A stretch of 59,719 nt of DNA, the filler included, from Squatina squatina (Eukaryota): NCBI GenBank assembly GCA_031763465.1. It is 4 parts of 4 records of this genome, joined end to end, with 100 filler letters (N's around TTAATTAATTAA, not from the genome) between each part and the next. Parts side by side here need not be neighbours in the genome. Positions count along the whole stretch, not along the records: positions 1 to 15,660 come from JARFOE010000013.1; positions 15,761 to 29,046 come from JARFOE010000004.1; 2 more parts are not named here. One strand, written 5' to 3'. Both the position numbers and the translations under genes were made by a program. A model generated the notes under the pieces. That model worked only from the letters and a program-made list of their open reading frames with translations, did not search any database and was not told where the DNA came from. Shown piece by piece: positions 12,228-25,945 of the stretch (position 1 is its first letter; each line of letters starts with the position of its first letter).

Positions 12228-12597
12228 CTCGGGCTCTGGGTATCTCCCCGAGGGTCTCACTCGGGTCTCGGGCTCTGGGTATCTCCCCGAGGGTCTCTCT
12301 CGGGTCTCGGGCTCTGGGTATCTCCCCGAGGGTCTCGGACTCTGGGTATCTCCCCGAGGGTCTCTCTTGGGTCTCGGGCTCTGGGTATCTCCCCGAGGGT
12401 CTCACTCGGGTCTTGGGCTCTGGGTATCTCCCCGAGGGTCTCGGTGTCTGTATATCTCCCTGAGGGTCTCGGGCTCTGGGTATCTCTCCGAGGGTCTTTC
12501 TTGGGTATCGGGCTCTGGGTATCTCCGAGGGTCTCTGTGTCTGGGTATCTCCCTGAGGGTCTCTCTCGGGTCTCGGGCTCTGGGTCTCTCGGGCTCC
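12228..12597. repeat. GC-rich minisatellite, 39-bp unit with ~28-bp variants, in a CDK5 intron
   Basis: Unit CTCGGGCTCTGGGTATCTCCCCGAGGGTCTCACTCGGGT. Confidence 0.95.
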
Positions 12598-12606
12598 AAT
12601 GACTTA

Positions 12607-12765
<159 letters not shown>

Positions 12766-13201
12766 TTATCAGGACACACGTNNNNNNNNNNNNNNNNNNN
12801 NNNNNNNNNNNNNNNNNNNNNNNNNNNNNNNNNNNNNNNNNNNNNNNNNNNNNNNNNNNNNNNNNNNNNNNNNNNNNNNNNCCCTTATCTAATCCTTTTG
12901 CACCAAGTCCCACCTGAATTCAGTGATTATCCAAAGCACTAGTTGTACTGCCTCTGGTTCCACCCAGCCGACTTCCAACTCACTCACACAGTCACAGCCG
13001 TGTCGTGAGGTCAGCACTAGAATTGTTGAAAAACCAGCCCCTTCTGCTCCTGTACTGCACCCTCTGATGCTCTTCCTGTACTGCACTCTAACGCTCTTCT
13101 CATACAGCGCCCGCTGATGTTCCTCCTGTCCAGCACCCGCTGATGCTGTTTCTCTCCTTTCAGTTATCCACGAAGTTCAGATTCGGGGAATATGATATAA
13201 A

Positions 13202-13313
13202 ATGGCGCGGTTTGAGACATATCAGGAGTACCAGCGGCTGGGGGCGGATGATTTCGAGGAGGATTCCCCACCTGGTGAAGACCTGTTGGTGCATGTTCCA
13301 GAGGGACTGAAAG
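13202..13313 (+). CDS. ATG9B: ATG9B first coding exon (exon begins at 13164)
   Basis: Acceptor TTTCAG ends at 13163, ATG at 13202, GTAAG donor. Translates MARFETYQEYQRLGADDFEEDSPPGEDLLVHVPEGLK. The B paralog is assigned from recalled non-mammalian sequence and the CDK5/ABCF2 linkage. Confidence 0.85.
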
Positions 13314-14754
13314 GTAAGCAGCTTAATTCTGACCTCCTTTTCTACCTGACTCACCCTCTTCCCCGCGAATGAGTGTCGTTAATTTACTATTAAGGCTCTT
13401 ATTGTCTTCTGTTGACAACTCTTTAGCGATGTAATCGTCTCATGCTTTCCACTTAAGCATTTGTAAAGTCATTTTAGTTTCTTTCTATAATGTGTGTCCG
13501 TGTCCCTGTCCCTGCCTGTCCGTTTCTGACATTCACTCCGTCCTCCCTATGGATGCTGCCTCACCTGCTCTTGTGTTTCCATCATTTTCTGTATTTGTTT
13601 CAGATTGCCTGCGTGTTTTTTGCTTCTAAGGCACGGAGCCTGCTCTCCTGTAAGGCTGGTTACTTAGAATCCTAGAATGGTTATAGCACAGAAGAAGGCC
13701 ATTTGGCCCGTCGAGTCCATGCTGGCTCGTCCCACTCCCCCACCTACTGCTGTGGTCTGAGCCACGCAGTTGGGGAGGGGAAATCAGCGATGGTCCCTGG
13801 CCTCATCACTGTCCAGTAATCACTGGAGTGGGTAATCTGCCTCCAGCCATTGTATAGGGGCCCACTTGGAGGGCTGGCAGTGCCGACAGAGCACAACCCC
13901 AGCAAGAGTCGGGGTCTTCGAGATCTGTGCCTGCCCTGGGAGTGCATACCTCAGCACTGACACCCTTCATTCCAAAAAGCCTAACATTTGCCAATGTTTT
14001 AATGTCTGACTGAAGCAGCAGCAACAACAACTTATATTTATATCGCGCCTTTAACGTCGTAAAATGTCNNNNNNNNNNNNNNNNNNNNNNNNNNNNNNNN
14101 NNNNNNNNNNNNNNNNNNNNNNNNNNNNNNNNNNNNNNNNNNNNNNNNNNNNNNNNNNNNNNNNNNNNGTTTTTACAACAATCTGGCAGATTTCATGGTT
14201 ATTTTTCTGATGCTGTTTTATTAAATGCACTTTGGTGAGATTATAATTCTTGGCCTGGTCTTGTGACCTGGAAAAGGGAATGGGAGACCAGGAATATGTG
14301 GCCTTACAGTCTTTAGACTGTCCCTTTTTAAATTACATTCTGGGGGCAGCTGTGGATAAATCCTTTGCCTGTCCCTCCCCCAATCCCCACTTTAAGGGGA
14401 ATTCACTGGACTTCAGTGGGAAGTTTTTCCCTCTAGGCCCTGTAACGGCCTCAGCGAAATTCCTGCTATTTCGAATCTGGCTCAAGCCCCTCTCAGGCCT
14501 ACTGAAGGCCCCAAACCTTCATGTGAATGAGGGGCAGGATGTCTGCAGTCGTAGTTCAATCCGGCGGGGGAGTGGGGCCTTCGGAGAGCTGGGGTGGGTT
14601 CGACCGATGCAGTCTTGCAACTGCAGCGGCCCATCTCGGCTGTGCAGCTGACCCACCTCCCCAGGATTTGGGACAGGGTCTCCTGCCTGGAGCGAGGGTG
14701 AGTGGGTAGGGAGTCGGGGGGTGGAGGGAGGTTGGAAATTCGGAGCCAAGATCA

Positions 14755-14964
14755 CTGATCTAAGGGTGATTCTGACTGACCCTCGCTCTGTGATATAGGG
14801 GTGAATGTGACTGACCCTCGCTGTGTGATATAGGGGTGATTCTGACTGACCCTCACTCTGTGATCTAGGGGTGAATCTGACTGACCCTCGCTGTGTGATA
14901 TAGGGGTGAATGTGACTGACCCTCGCTGTGTGATATAGGGGTGAATCTGACTGACCCTCGCTGT
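14755..14964. repeat. 35-bp minisatellite, about 6 copies
   Basis: Unit GTGATATAGGGGTGAATCTGACTGACCCTCGCTGT. Confidence 0.95.
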
Positions 14965-14976
14965 TGCGTGTTCCAG

Positions 14977-15156
14977 GTATTTATTCTGGAGGAGTTGCTC
15001 AGTCCCATCATCACCCCGTTCGTGCTGATCTTCTCCTTGCGGCCGAAATCCCTGGAGATCATCGACTTTTTCCGCAACTTCTCAGTGGAAGTGGTGGGAG
15101 TGGGAGATATCTGCTCCTTTGCACAGATGGACATTCGGAAGCACGGCAATCCAATG
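14977..15156 (+). CDS. ATG9B: ATG9B internal exon
   Basis: CAG acceptor, GTATGT donor, 180 nt. Translates VFILEELLSPIITPFVLIFSLRPKSLEIIDFFRNFSVEVVGVGDICSFAQMDIRKHGNPM. Confidence 0.9.
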
Positions 15157-15304
15157 GTATGTGGGGCAGCTGTGAGGGGTCATTGCACACAGCTGTGTAA
15201 CAGGATGGGGACCAGTGTCCTGTGTCCTTCACTCGCAGTCACTCCATAGCCTCCAATACCGACACTACCCTCATTAAAGCAAAAGGAGAGGCTGTCCATA
15301 TAAG

Positions 15305-15550
15305 AGAGTCACCAAGACATAAATAAGGAATTCAGGAGAAACTTCTTTACCCAGAGTGGCGAGAATGTGGAACTCGCTCCCACAGGGAGTGGTTGAGATG
15401 GATAGTATAGGGGAAGCTAGATAAACACGAGGGAGAAAGGAATAGATGGTGATGCTGATCGAGATAGATGAGGAAGGATGGGAGGAGGCTCGAGTGGAGC
15501 ATAAATGTGGGCTGGTTGGGCCGAATGTGCCTGTTTCTGTGCTGTATGTG
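15305..15550 (+). mobile_element. CR1 3' end; same family at 25027-25325 and 38940-39220
   Basis: GAATTCAGGAGAAACTTCTTTACCCAGAG..GAATGTGGAACTCGCT..GGGCCGAATG..CCTGTTTCTGTGCTGTA. Confidence 0.85.
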
Positions 15551-15660
15551 CTCTGTTGCTATCCCCTACACACTGTTACACTCTCTCGCTCTGTTACATA
15601 GTCTCACGCCGTTGCACACTGTCATGCTGTTGCTCGCTCTCTCTCTTTCGCTGTCTCGTG

Positions 15661-15760
15661 NNNNNNNNNNNNNNNNNNNNNNNNNNNNNNNNNNNNNNNN
15701 NNNNTTAATTAATTAANNNNNNNNNNNNNNNNNNNNNNNNNNNNNNNNNNNNNNNNNNNN
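15661..15760. other. Artificial scaffold linker N44-TTAATTAATTAA-N44
   Basis: 12-mer at 15705-15716 with stops in all six frames, centred in 100 positions. The same structure occurs three times. Confidence 0.97.
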
Positions 15761-18289
15761 CTCTTTAGCTACCCTATCAAATATTTAATCATCTTAAACA
15801 CCTCAATTAGATCACCCCTTAATCTTCTATGTTCAAGCCTGGTCTATGCAACCAGTAACTGTTAAAATAGCGCACAAAAGAATTTTATGCTAACGTATTA
15901 ATCAGTGGCTCAGAAGAAATTAAACTCCATTAGGAAAAGACTTCCTCTGTAGGCTAGGTGTAGCAAAATCATAAACCAACATCACGACCTACATGCATGG
16001 AGCTGACACAAGCAACTTGATCCAGTACCGAACTGGTTATTTTATTCTGGCTTAATTTAAGTCTTTTCTCCAGATGCTTTTTAGCCTCCATCTATGAGCA
16101 TTTATTTGGCTATCTGCAGCGTGCTGATAATAGATTGGAGGACTCAATAGTAAATCAAAATAACAGACTGTGACAGACCAACACTGAAGAAACCTTTTCA
16201 AGATTAACAAGATTGTAATGTTCAGGTAGGTCATCCCTGAAGCTTTCTAATTTTAATTTCAGGGTGTAAATTTGAAACACAAACCTTCTAGAGCTCTTGA
16301 AACAAACCTTTATTCCTCTGTACTTGCAAGCCAAAACATGAACAGAAACAGCAGCAAATTAGCAAAACCAGGGGAAGAATTAATAGTTTTCAGTTGCTAT
16401 GTTTGCACAAGGAACTAATTCTAATCAGTGCTGGAACAACCTTCCATACTCAGTTTCCCTTTATACACAGTGATCACACAGGAAGAAGCCAAAATAGCAG
16501 CACGATGTGCAAATAAACTCATTTGATTTTTTNNNNNNNNNNNNNNNNNNNNNNNNNNNNNNNNNNCCGACAAAAAAAGGAACAGGTTTACACCTGGAGA
16601 CCGTACTATTATTTTCTTTTAAAAGTCAGATAGACATGCCACATTGCTCCATGCAAGGCACAGCTTGTAAAAAGTCAAGTTAAAACACTTTTCCCACCTA
16701 CAGGCTCTACATTGCGCCTGAATCACTTTTAAGACGAGAGTTCAATTTTTTGATCTGTTATTGTTCGATCCAGAGGGAGAAACTAGAGATAACTAACTCC
16801 TTCAGCCGTGTTGAGGTCCACTCCTCATTACCAACAGCTGAAAACTTTTGATGCTTTTTGTTTGAAAAGAATCAACCAACCTCAAAGCACTTGGTCTAAA
16901 GCAAATAGGGGGCTGTAGTCCATTCACCATTTCTGTGTTACAGCTATTATGCAAAAAGTATAAAACACTGCCTTTATGCTGCCAAGCCACAACTACTCTT
17001 CTTACATCAAAGCATTTTCACCACAAGGGTTTTTTCTTCCAAATTTATTCATTCCCAAAACAGAAGACAACGATTCATACACCCTAATTACATCTAATTA
17101 TCAATTCCTTTTTCTGTGACCAACTTCAGCCAGAGCTATTTATTACTTGCATTTCTCACACCCTCCCCCATGCCTTTTGCAAGACAGCTAACATAATGGC
17201 AAGTTCTTTCGCAGACAATTATTATTTCTTTTATGGCCTGTTATAAAGGTTCTACCTGCATTAAATAATTATTCTATTANNNNNNNNNNNNNNNNNNNNN
17301 NNNNNNNNNNNNNNNNNNNNNNNNNNNNNNNNNNNNNNNNNNNNGTATTGCTGCTCAGAGGCAGTGGAAACGACCTCTCCTGTGGGGCTTCTCCTCATGC
17401 TTTCTTTTCATGATCTAAATGAGACGTTTATTGGATTAGGGTTCTTCTCTGCAGACCTCCAAGGTGGCCTGTAACAAAGAATTTAAAAATCCCAATGACT
17501 ATACTAATTGCCCTGGGATTAAAAACAGAAAACTTGATTCGGCATTACATCAGTACACCAAAAACAGAGGAAATTTATTAGTTTCATTATGGGCCCTGAT
17601 CCTTTCAACTGGAGTGGGAGCTAGTGGGGCAAGGCACAGCTACAGTTAGACCTTCATTAGAAACTTAATCAATGGACAATTGACACTGGCCTAATTGTGT
17701 GATGCCAAATAAACCTCACATACTTTTGAAGGGAAGAGAAAAGGCGTGTTCTTAAAAAAAGAGACAAAAATAGGTGGCAAAGATTCAGAGTTTGTCATCA
17801 AATGGTGAACAGCTAAGTATTAAATTGACATCAGTGGACAGGCTCTGCACCGTAAAGTCAATTGATAAGCAAATACGTCGGCAGCGGATTAACCCCAGTA
17901 CTCAGCTCAGGTGACAGCCGCACAGAGGTCACAGTACTGACCTCACAGGTTGGTCTTTGGGTCATTGTAGCTTATAAAAGCCTGTTGTAGTGTCAAAGTC
18001 TTATAAGGCTGCAATCTGACAACTCAATTTAAGCTTCCAGGCAGATGACTCCAAGAGGATGGTTAATTGCTCTGGTTCTCCTTTCAGCACTTCCCCATTA
18101 ATGTATTTTAATATAGTTGGAGTGGTTGCAATCAGTGTAAGATTTTTGTTTTCAATATGTACTTTTAAGATTTTTTAAATTATTTTTCTTTGTTTTTTTT
18201 TAACTGATCAATTTTCTCCCCTCCATTCTTTTCCTTAACACGTTAACTGCTAACTAAGGTACAGTTCCATGAATTATGCTTCAAGTAGT

Positions 18290-18852
18290 AATTTCTCATG
18301 TGTGAGCTTGGACAGTGAGTGGTGTCAAATTATTTCACCAGGTGGGGAGGGGGAGAATCGCAACTGAGACTGATCCTTCCCACCCGTGTGCACTCATAGC
18401 AGAGGTCCCCGGAAGGGAATGGAAATGTTGGCCAATATTTAAAATAATTGGGAAAACAGCCATGGGGGATAGGTGGAGAATTTTTTTTTTCCCAGCGAGT
18501 TATTATGATCTGGAACGCACTGCCTGAACGGGAAAGGAAGCAGATTTGATAATAACTTTCAAAAGGGAATTGGATCTCTACTTAAAAAGGAATAATATGC
18601 CATGCAAGAAGTAGAAGAGTGGGACTAAAGTGGAAAACTCTTTCAGAGAGCCAGCACAGGCACAATGGGCCAAATGGCCTCCTCCTATGCTGTATGATTC
18701 TATGATATGATGCTGTGATTCCTCTCCCTAACTCAGTGGGATTGGGGGGTGGTGATCATAGCACCTCAACTGCTGCCCCGACTGCGATCTGCTAACTCGC
18801 ACAGATTGGAAATCAAATCTGCGACTTCCCTTGTCTGTATAATTCAGCTACT
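18290..18852. mobile_element. Old SINE-like repeat (-) apparently interrupted by a CR1 3' end (about 18440-18712, +)
   Basis: CR1 tail ATGGGCCAAATGGCCTCCTCCTATGCTGTATGATTCTATGAT, flanked by SINE-like halves. A degenerate tRNA-like head lies near 18800-18852. Confidence 0.5.
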
Positions 18853-21800
18853 CAAAAGAAGAAAATTGGGTTCCTACGCTAGTTGTAGGATGCAAATGCA
18901 ATTTTGAGGTACAAATGGGCAGAGTATATAACCAGCACCGCTTCCCATTGGTGCTTGGCATTGAGGGGTCAAACCAGTGATACTTAATATACTGATACAG
19001 GCCACTCCAAAACCAGGTCAATTTCTGTTTTTTTACGGATGAATGTTCCTCTTGGCCCTGCAAAAATACCACGCCTGATGCTGGTGCACCTCTCCTCCCT
19101 TTTAGTGCTGACTTCTGGATTGTCGGCCCGTCGGGTGTGACGAGCTGCCCGCTGTCCCCCGGCGGCCTGCGAGCGGTGATGGAACTCATGCCCAAATCAT
19201 GCTGTGGGCCCAAACCTGCCGGGACTTCCGACACTGGACGGAAGTTAAAAATTGCCCCCAAAATTCTAAATATTATTCCATAGATAAGTATCAAGGAATT
19301 CTCTGAGAAAATGCAGACAATTAATTTGGCAAGGAGAGAGGTCTCTGTGTATTCTCATTGGTTAAGGAATGCAAGTGGTGTAAGTTCTTTTTATTTGTGA
19401 TGCATGACATTTTGCAGGATTTCAATTGGCAGCAATTATGTGGCCCCTGTGCTGTCAATTAGCATGGCAAACCTTTCTAAATGTAGTGTGGTAAGATCAG
19501 ACCAATTGAGGAATACATTCATGATTCTGGAATGCAGAGTATTTTTTTTTAACTTAGCATTAGGATACTACAGGCAATCAGAAGGGGTAATGCTGCGCTG
19601 ACCTTGTAACGTTCTGGGCTAGCGGAGGGTGATTATATAATCTGCTCTCAATGAGAATTTTACTCAAGGGTTGAAAGTTTTGTCAGAATTGCAGTGCACA
19701 GTGTTATCCTGAGCTCTTGCCTGCGCAAGGTAATGAATTTACATATGTAATTCAGTTTTGTACAGTAACTTGTTTACGAAATTGCTTTGAAACTCAATTT
19801 TAACAAATAGTTTTCTGCACAAACTCAATTAAGAGCAGCTTTTGAAGTATTATAATTTTGAAGCATCATTTACAAACATTACTTACATGCTGAGATCACC
19901 TTCACTCAACTTCCATCTGGGAACTAGGTACTGCTTTGTCAGTCTCTTGCCATACTAAATCCCAGGAGGTAGTCTTGCTAAGGCAATCTTAATGCAGAGG
20001 TAACTGCTTCTGAGTGCGATCACAAAATTATAAAGTAATGAAACGTGAATAATGAAAACATTCTTTAGCAAAGTTAAACCTTCTATTTAAAGTAATGAAC
20101 TAGTTTTATGTTTCATCTTCACTATTTTTGGGCAATGAAGCCACCGGGAAAATAAAGGAAACTTTTACTAATGCCTCTCTCACACCCCCAGGCACAGGAA
20201 ACGATTTGCCATCTGANNNNNNNNNNNNNNNNNNNNNNNNNNNNNNNNNNNNNNNNNNNNNNNNNNNNNNNNNNNNNNNNNNNNNNNNNNNNNNNNNNNN
20301 NNNNNNNNNNNNNNNNGATGTCTCAAGTCATAAAATACCAAGAAGCATTGCGGGAGAATAAAATAAAAAAGAAACCTCCAAAAAAAAGGTTGAACATCTC
20401 AGTATCCATTAGCTATGTACTATGTGATCAGAACATCTCATCATGTCTATTGGAAACGACCTTTTACAAAACTAAAGGTTTTAAAAGCACAACAGTGACA
20501 ACAGAGGTCACTGTTCAGCTATACAAAACAACTGCTACGTTTGTTCGTGATGTTAAAGGCAACACAGCTGTCGCAGCCCAAGTCTCTCAGTTTTAACTAT
20601 CCACAATAAGACCGCTGCATCAGGGCTTCTAAAGTCACGTCGTACTTTTGATCTAGTTGATTGTTTTGCCAATGGAGAATGTTACCAAACTGAAGGAGAA
20701 ACATTAAAATTTAGTCTTACTTGAGCATTTTGCTTTTACTTAGTAATAAAAAGGGCCAACTGAAAGACAGGAAAATGTACTGTCCTTGATTTTATTCTGT
20801 TGCTAGGTTAGCTCCTCCTGTCTCATTTTAAAACCTTAGTCCCTGAAGTTGAGTGGCGCAGTGTAAAACAGTGTCCTTTCATCTGAGTTAATCAAAATTT
20901 AGCCTGGAATGAAAAGTATTAAGTTAACTGTAAGGAGAAAGCAATTCAATTTAGAGTTGCTNNNNNNNNNNNNNNNNNNNNNNNNNNNNNNNNNNNNNNN
21001 NNNNNNNNNNNNNNNNNNNNNNNNNNNNNNNNNNNNNNNNNNNNNNNNNNNNNNNNNNNNNTTTCTATGTTACTACTATAAATTTAATTGAGAGAGTCGG
21101 ATAAGGGAGATTACAGGTTCAAACTTGTAAAGGATAATTTAGCATTGATTATCAGGAAGTTCTTCACATGGAGTGGTGAACACTGTCAGATAAGAGTTGT
21201 GGGAAACCCTGGAATCATTTAAGGAACAATCTGATGCTGCAGTGGCAGGGGTTAGGGCTGAAACAGTCATGTTTTTCTGGATGGGCGAGTCAAGATGGGG
21301 TGAATGGCCTTCCTCACCTGTAATAATCTTGTCATCTTGTGATAGACTATGACCTATATACAGGATGCACACTGATAATTCATGTTTTTACTATAACAAA
21401 GATTACATTTGAAAATTAGTACACAACTGATCGATTTTGGTAGCATTTGGGACTGTGGGTTCTGATAGTTAAACATTAACTGAACAGTTTTAGAATAACG
21501 TGCAATTGCTGTGGCAGGAGTCACACTGTATATGGGTGTCAGTGTGTGGATCCTTTGATCTTGTACCATTACTTATACAGCTTGAGAAGGGAGAAGTAAT
21601 TGTACAGTCTAAGCAAGCAGAAGACAACAGCAGAAGCATTTTCTCAACTGCAGCACAGTATTCATTACAAACAAGCAGAAAAGGAAGGATACAAAGTACT
21701 GTTAATGGTAGTCAGCTAATAGGAAGAGAGAAATTTCATTAGCATTTAAGAGAAAAGATTTTTGTGACCTACAGTTGCTTTCCATTATGACTCACTTAAG

Positions 21801-23257
21801 TAAAAGAGGAGAAAAAAAACCAAAAGCCTTCGGTGGGACATCTCTGGATATAAAATTAGTGAGGGGCTAAGTTCGTGGCAATCAGGAGAAGGCAAATTAT
21901 TTATTTTCCCTTTCCCTGGGCTCGGAACATAACTGTCGAGGTCAGGGTTTATTATAGTTTTACATAGTGCTCTATACCAGCCACCATCTAGAATTAAAAT
22001 ATTTAAGTTTCTAATGACTAACCATGGCTATATGTAAATATGTGATATCCTGCTCTGTAACATGGGACTGCATGTCCCAAAGGCAACCCTTGCTTCCACT
22101 CCCAGCAAAACCACAGATCAGTGACTTGAGTGCCATTAACAGAAAACACACAAGCGGATGACATGAACAGCTATCTGGGGAATCCACATTGTTGTAGGTA
22201 GTTTCAAATTTGTTTGTGCTGAAATGTGTTATGTTTAGCACATCAGCCGTAGAGATTGTAGGTATTTAAATGGAGCTTTGTATGTGCACTGTGCAGGTTG
22301 GCTATGAGATTTGACCTCTGGGTGAGGTTTAGTGCTGTTACACGTTTGCTTGGAGTGGAATGTGTAAAGATGGCCAGGCTGTGTTTAGGATATCCGTCAT
22401 GGCCATTTTCTGTGGGTTTCTTTCAGNNNNNNNNNNNNNNNNNNNNNNNNNNNNNNNNNNNNNNNNNNNNNNNNNNNNNNNNNNNNNNNNNNNNNNNNNN
22501 NNNNNNNNNNNNNNNNNNNNNNNNNNNNNNNNNNNNNNNNNNNNNNNNNNNNNNNNNNNNNNNNNNNNNNNNNNNNNNNNNNNNNNNNNNNNNNNNNNNN
22601 NNNNNNNNNNNNNNNNNNNNNNNNNNNNNNNNNNNNNNNNNNNNNNNNNNNNNNNNNNNNNNNNNNNNNNNNNNNNNNNNNNNNNNNNNNNNNNNNNNNN
22701 NNNNNNNNNNNNNNNNNNNNNNNNNNNNNNNNNNNNNNNNNNNNNNNNNNNNNNNNNNNNNNNNNNNNNNNNNNNNNNNNNNNNNNNNNNNNNNNNNNNN
22801 NNNNNNNNNNNNNNNNNNNNNNNNNGACCTGCTAAGTTTTTCCAGCAATTTTTGTTTGTATTCTAGATTCCAGCATCCGCAGTATTTCGCTTTTGTATTG
22901 AGGTGCATCTTATGCTCTGCTCCTCTGCCGACTCTCTCCACCACCTTGCTACACCTTTAATAATTGATGGCGTGAATACAGTGTGGGTTGGAAGGTGACC
23001 ATGAGCAAGTTTGCATGTTTGCTTTTAACAAGCCTTTAACAGGCCGAAAACCAATAAAGCCAAGTCTATTCACTAAAACTGTTCAGTCCCATGAGGAATT
23101 TTTATAGCATGGGCTTGGTTAATGCTATCAAAGTTACTAGACTGCGTGCATTAGCCTGAACACAGATATTTCACCCTCTTAAACGCATTGAGCTTGTATA
23201 TTAACTTAACAATATGCCCTCTTCTTCAATATATCTTGCAAAAAACATTCCATTTAC

Positions 23258-23388
23258 CTGAAACTCATCAAAACACAATAGGCAGGTCTCATCACTGATT
23301 TCTGCAGCTATAGGTGCTATTGGATCATAGGACTCAGCCATGAAGCCAGGTTTCCTTTTTGGCAAAGTCTGCTTTAACCGATGAATTC
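23258..23388 (-). CDS. AFG1L: AFG1-like ATPase (LACE1) exon with Walker B
   Basis: CAG acceptor, GTAAAT donor, 131 nt. Translates IHRLKQTLPKRKPGFMAESYDPIAPIAAEISDETCLLCFDEFQ. Confidence 0.95.
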
Positions 23389-24832
23389 CTGTTGCAGCAG
23401 AGTTGGAAAAACTGGTGGCATCCATGAAGTTCGCAAACACGTGGGCCTCTGTTGCCAGTGGGAGGTAAGTTGGGGCTAGTAAGCTTGCTGGTGAGCAATT
23501 AGGAGGTGCTGTGCTGCAGTACTGCATTGTAGAGGGTCCTTTAACCTGCATCTGATCCGTACCCGACATGGGAATGCTTAATGCTGATACTGGAGGCAAA
23601 GAAAGTGGGGTGATGGGAACTTGTGTTCCTCAACACTATCTCGATGAAGACCAAAAATACTTGAATAGTCGTCAATACCTTGTTCAGTTTAGATTTTTGA
23701 AAACTTAATAAATGCACCATTTCCAATTATTTTCTATGCAGCTGCTAATTAAATATTTGTTTCCTGTCCACCTTTTCTCTTCCTGTATTTCACTGTAAAA
23801 TAAGAGTCCTGAGTTGGTCAGGCAGAACCGTACATGCTCCAGAGATGCTCACAGACCCTCCCCACTGCAGCTCAGTTGATTGACCCTCCAAGAGGCACCC
23901 TTGGGTGAGTTGTTTGAGTTGGAACCCAGCCAAGATTGTGAAACTTGGCTCTTCTAGTGCGGAGTCCTACATTCTGGCTTTAGGAGCAGGAGGAGGCCAT
24001 TCAGCCCCTCGAGCCTGTTCCGCCATTCAATCAGATCATGGCTGAGCTGCGGCAACATTCATTTCATTCTGCAACCGAAAAGCAAGCTATAATGCTTTCT
24101 GATTTTTATAAACATCTTGCACATTTTGCAGAACACTAGAAAAATATCTGGGAGAGAAATGGACTCGACCCTTGACCTGCTTGGCTTATAATTGCATGCC
24201 TTCAGTGGGTTGTTATGAAGCCCTTTCATACCTGCATTCGAATTCAACCCAGACAGATATGATAACAGTCTCCTCTCGTGGTTGTTAAGGATCTTTTGTG
24301 TTTGACTAGTTTCAATCCAACTTCTGTTAGGGCACGAGCCTACATCATATTACCTGCTCTCCAGTTCGAGTCTGTTTTACCTCACGGTGTGAATTCGAAG
24401 TATGACAGTCCCCACCCACCCCCTTACATTATAAGGAGCTTTTCTGGTCATTGAGTTCAAGCATGTTGTTGAAGTTAGTGCATTGGGTGCTTGCTGTGGC
24501 AGCTGGTCTGTTTTACGGCTGGTGTAAGAGTACTGCTGTCACTTTGGAAGAATAATCCTATTTTTCATCGCTGTCATCGCTTATCTTGAGCTCCAGCAGA
24601 CAGACGCGCACAGAAGGATTATCAAGGTGGACTTCCCAAACACAGGATTGCAAGTTTGAATCCCAGGCTCGACTTGGAAATTTAGATTCCCTTACCCAGA
24701 CAGTATAATTGCATAGCACGTTGGAATGCATTGTGTTGTGGAGAGGCGCACGGTGCCAATTTGCATCTGCGGTAATGTTAGCTGTGCTGTCAAGAGGAGG
24801 CAGCAAGCAGAGGCAAAGTTTCTCTGGAGCAA

Positions 24833-24926
24833 ATCACTCAGGGTGGGGGTGCTCCGATCTCTCTCCCTCAGCGTGTGGGTGCTGGGATCGCTCACACTCA
24901 CGGTGTGGGTGCTGTGCTCGCTCTCA
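24833..24926. repeat. Degenerate ~30-bp tandem repeat
   Basis: Three copies of TCACACTCACGGTGTGGGTGCT..G.TCGC, running into a gap. Confidence 0.7.
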
Positions 24927-25804
24927 NNNNNNNNNNNNNNNNNNNNNNNNNNNNNNNNNNNNNNNNNNNNNNNNNNNNNNNNNNNNNNNNNNNNNNNNNN
25001 NNNNNNNNNNNNNNNNNNNNNNNNNNACCAGAATGAGGGGCCATAAATGTAAGATAGTCACTAATAAATCGAATAGGGAATTCAGGAGAAACTTCTTTTT
25101 CAGAGAGTAGTTAGAATGTTGGAACTACAAGGAGCAATTGAAGTGAATAACATTGATGCATTTAAGGAGAAGCTAGATAAATACATTAGGTGAGAAAGGA
25201 ATAGAGGGATTATGATGATAGGGTGAGATGAAGTAGAGTGGCAGGAAGCTTGTGTGGAGCATAAACAGCGGCATAGAATAGATGGGCCGAATGCTTGTTT
25301 CCGTGCTGTAAATTCTGTGTAATACATGGTGCAAAACATTGCTCTGCTACTCCAAATCTGATGCTATGCACTGCCTAGTTCCAATACAATTTAATGGTGT
25401 GCATATCTACTTGTGGCAATGCAGGATTTGATCAGTGAGCCTCGATGAAAGAAGCGAGGAGGAAACTGTTGCAGTGCCATGGATGCTCAAAAATAATAAA
25501 CTTTGATAACTCACGTATCTCCTATTGCATTGCTGAAAGGAAATTGGAGCCTGCAGTGTTCTCCAATGAACTCACAACTTGGGAAGTAGTGGGGAAATAC
25601 TTTGCTGAGTGAGAAGAGGGGAGTGAGACTGGTGACTAGCTGGGGGAGGAATGTATTGAGGATTTGGGGGCAAGGGTAGTTGATGTGGCAGGGAGTACTG
25701 NNNNNNNNNNNNNNNNNNNNNNNNNNNNNNNNNNNNNNNNNNNNNNNNNNNNNNNNNNNNNNNNNNNNNNNNNNNNNNNNNNNNNNNNNNNNNNNNNNNN
25801 CCGT

Positions 25805-25945
25805 ATTCTTCAGTGCCCATGCATCGCCAGACGGACTGCAGCAGTTCAAGAAGGCAGGTCACCACCAACTTCTCAGGGTCAATTCGGGATGGGCAATAAA
25901 TGCTGGCCTTACCAGCAACGCCAACATCCCAGGAACGAATAAAAA
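25805..25945 (+). mobile_element. LINE (CR1/L2 group) 3' end
   Basis: GGACTGCAGCAGTTCAAGAAGGCAGGTCACCACCA..GGGATGGGCAATAAATGCTGGCC, then an A-rich end. Confidence 0.7.

Noticed and set aside
15705-15716. Thrice-repeated palindrome TTAATTAATTAA as a recombination or regulatory site
   Set aside because: It is always centred in N runs and stops all six frames, so it is a synthetic linker.
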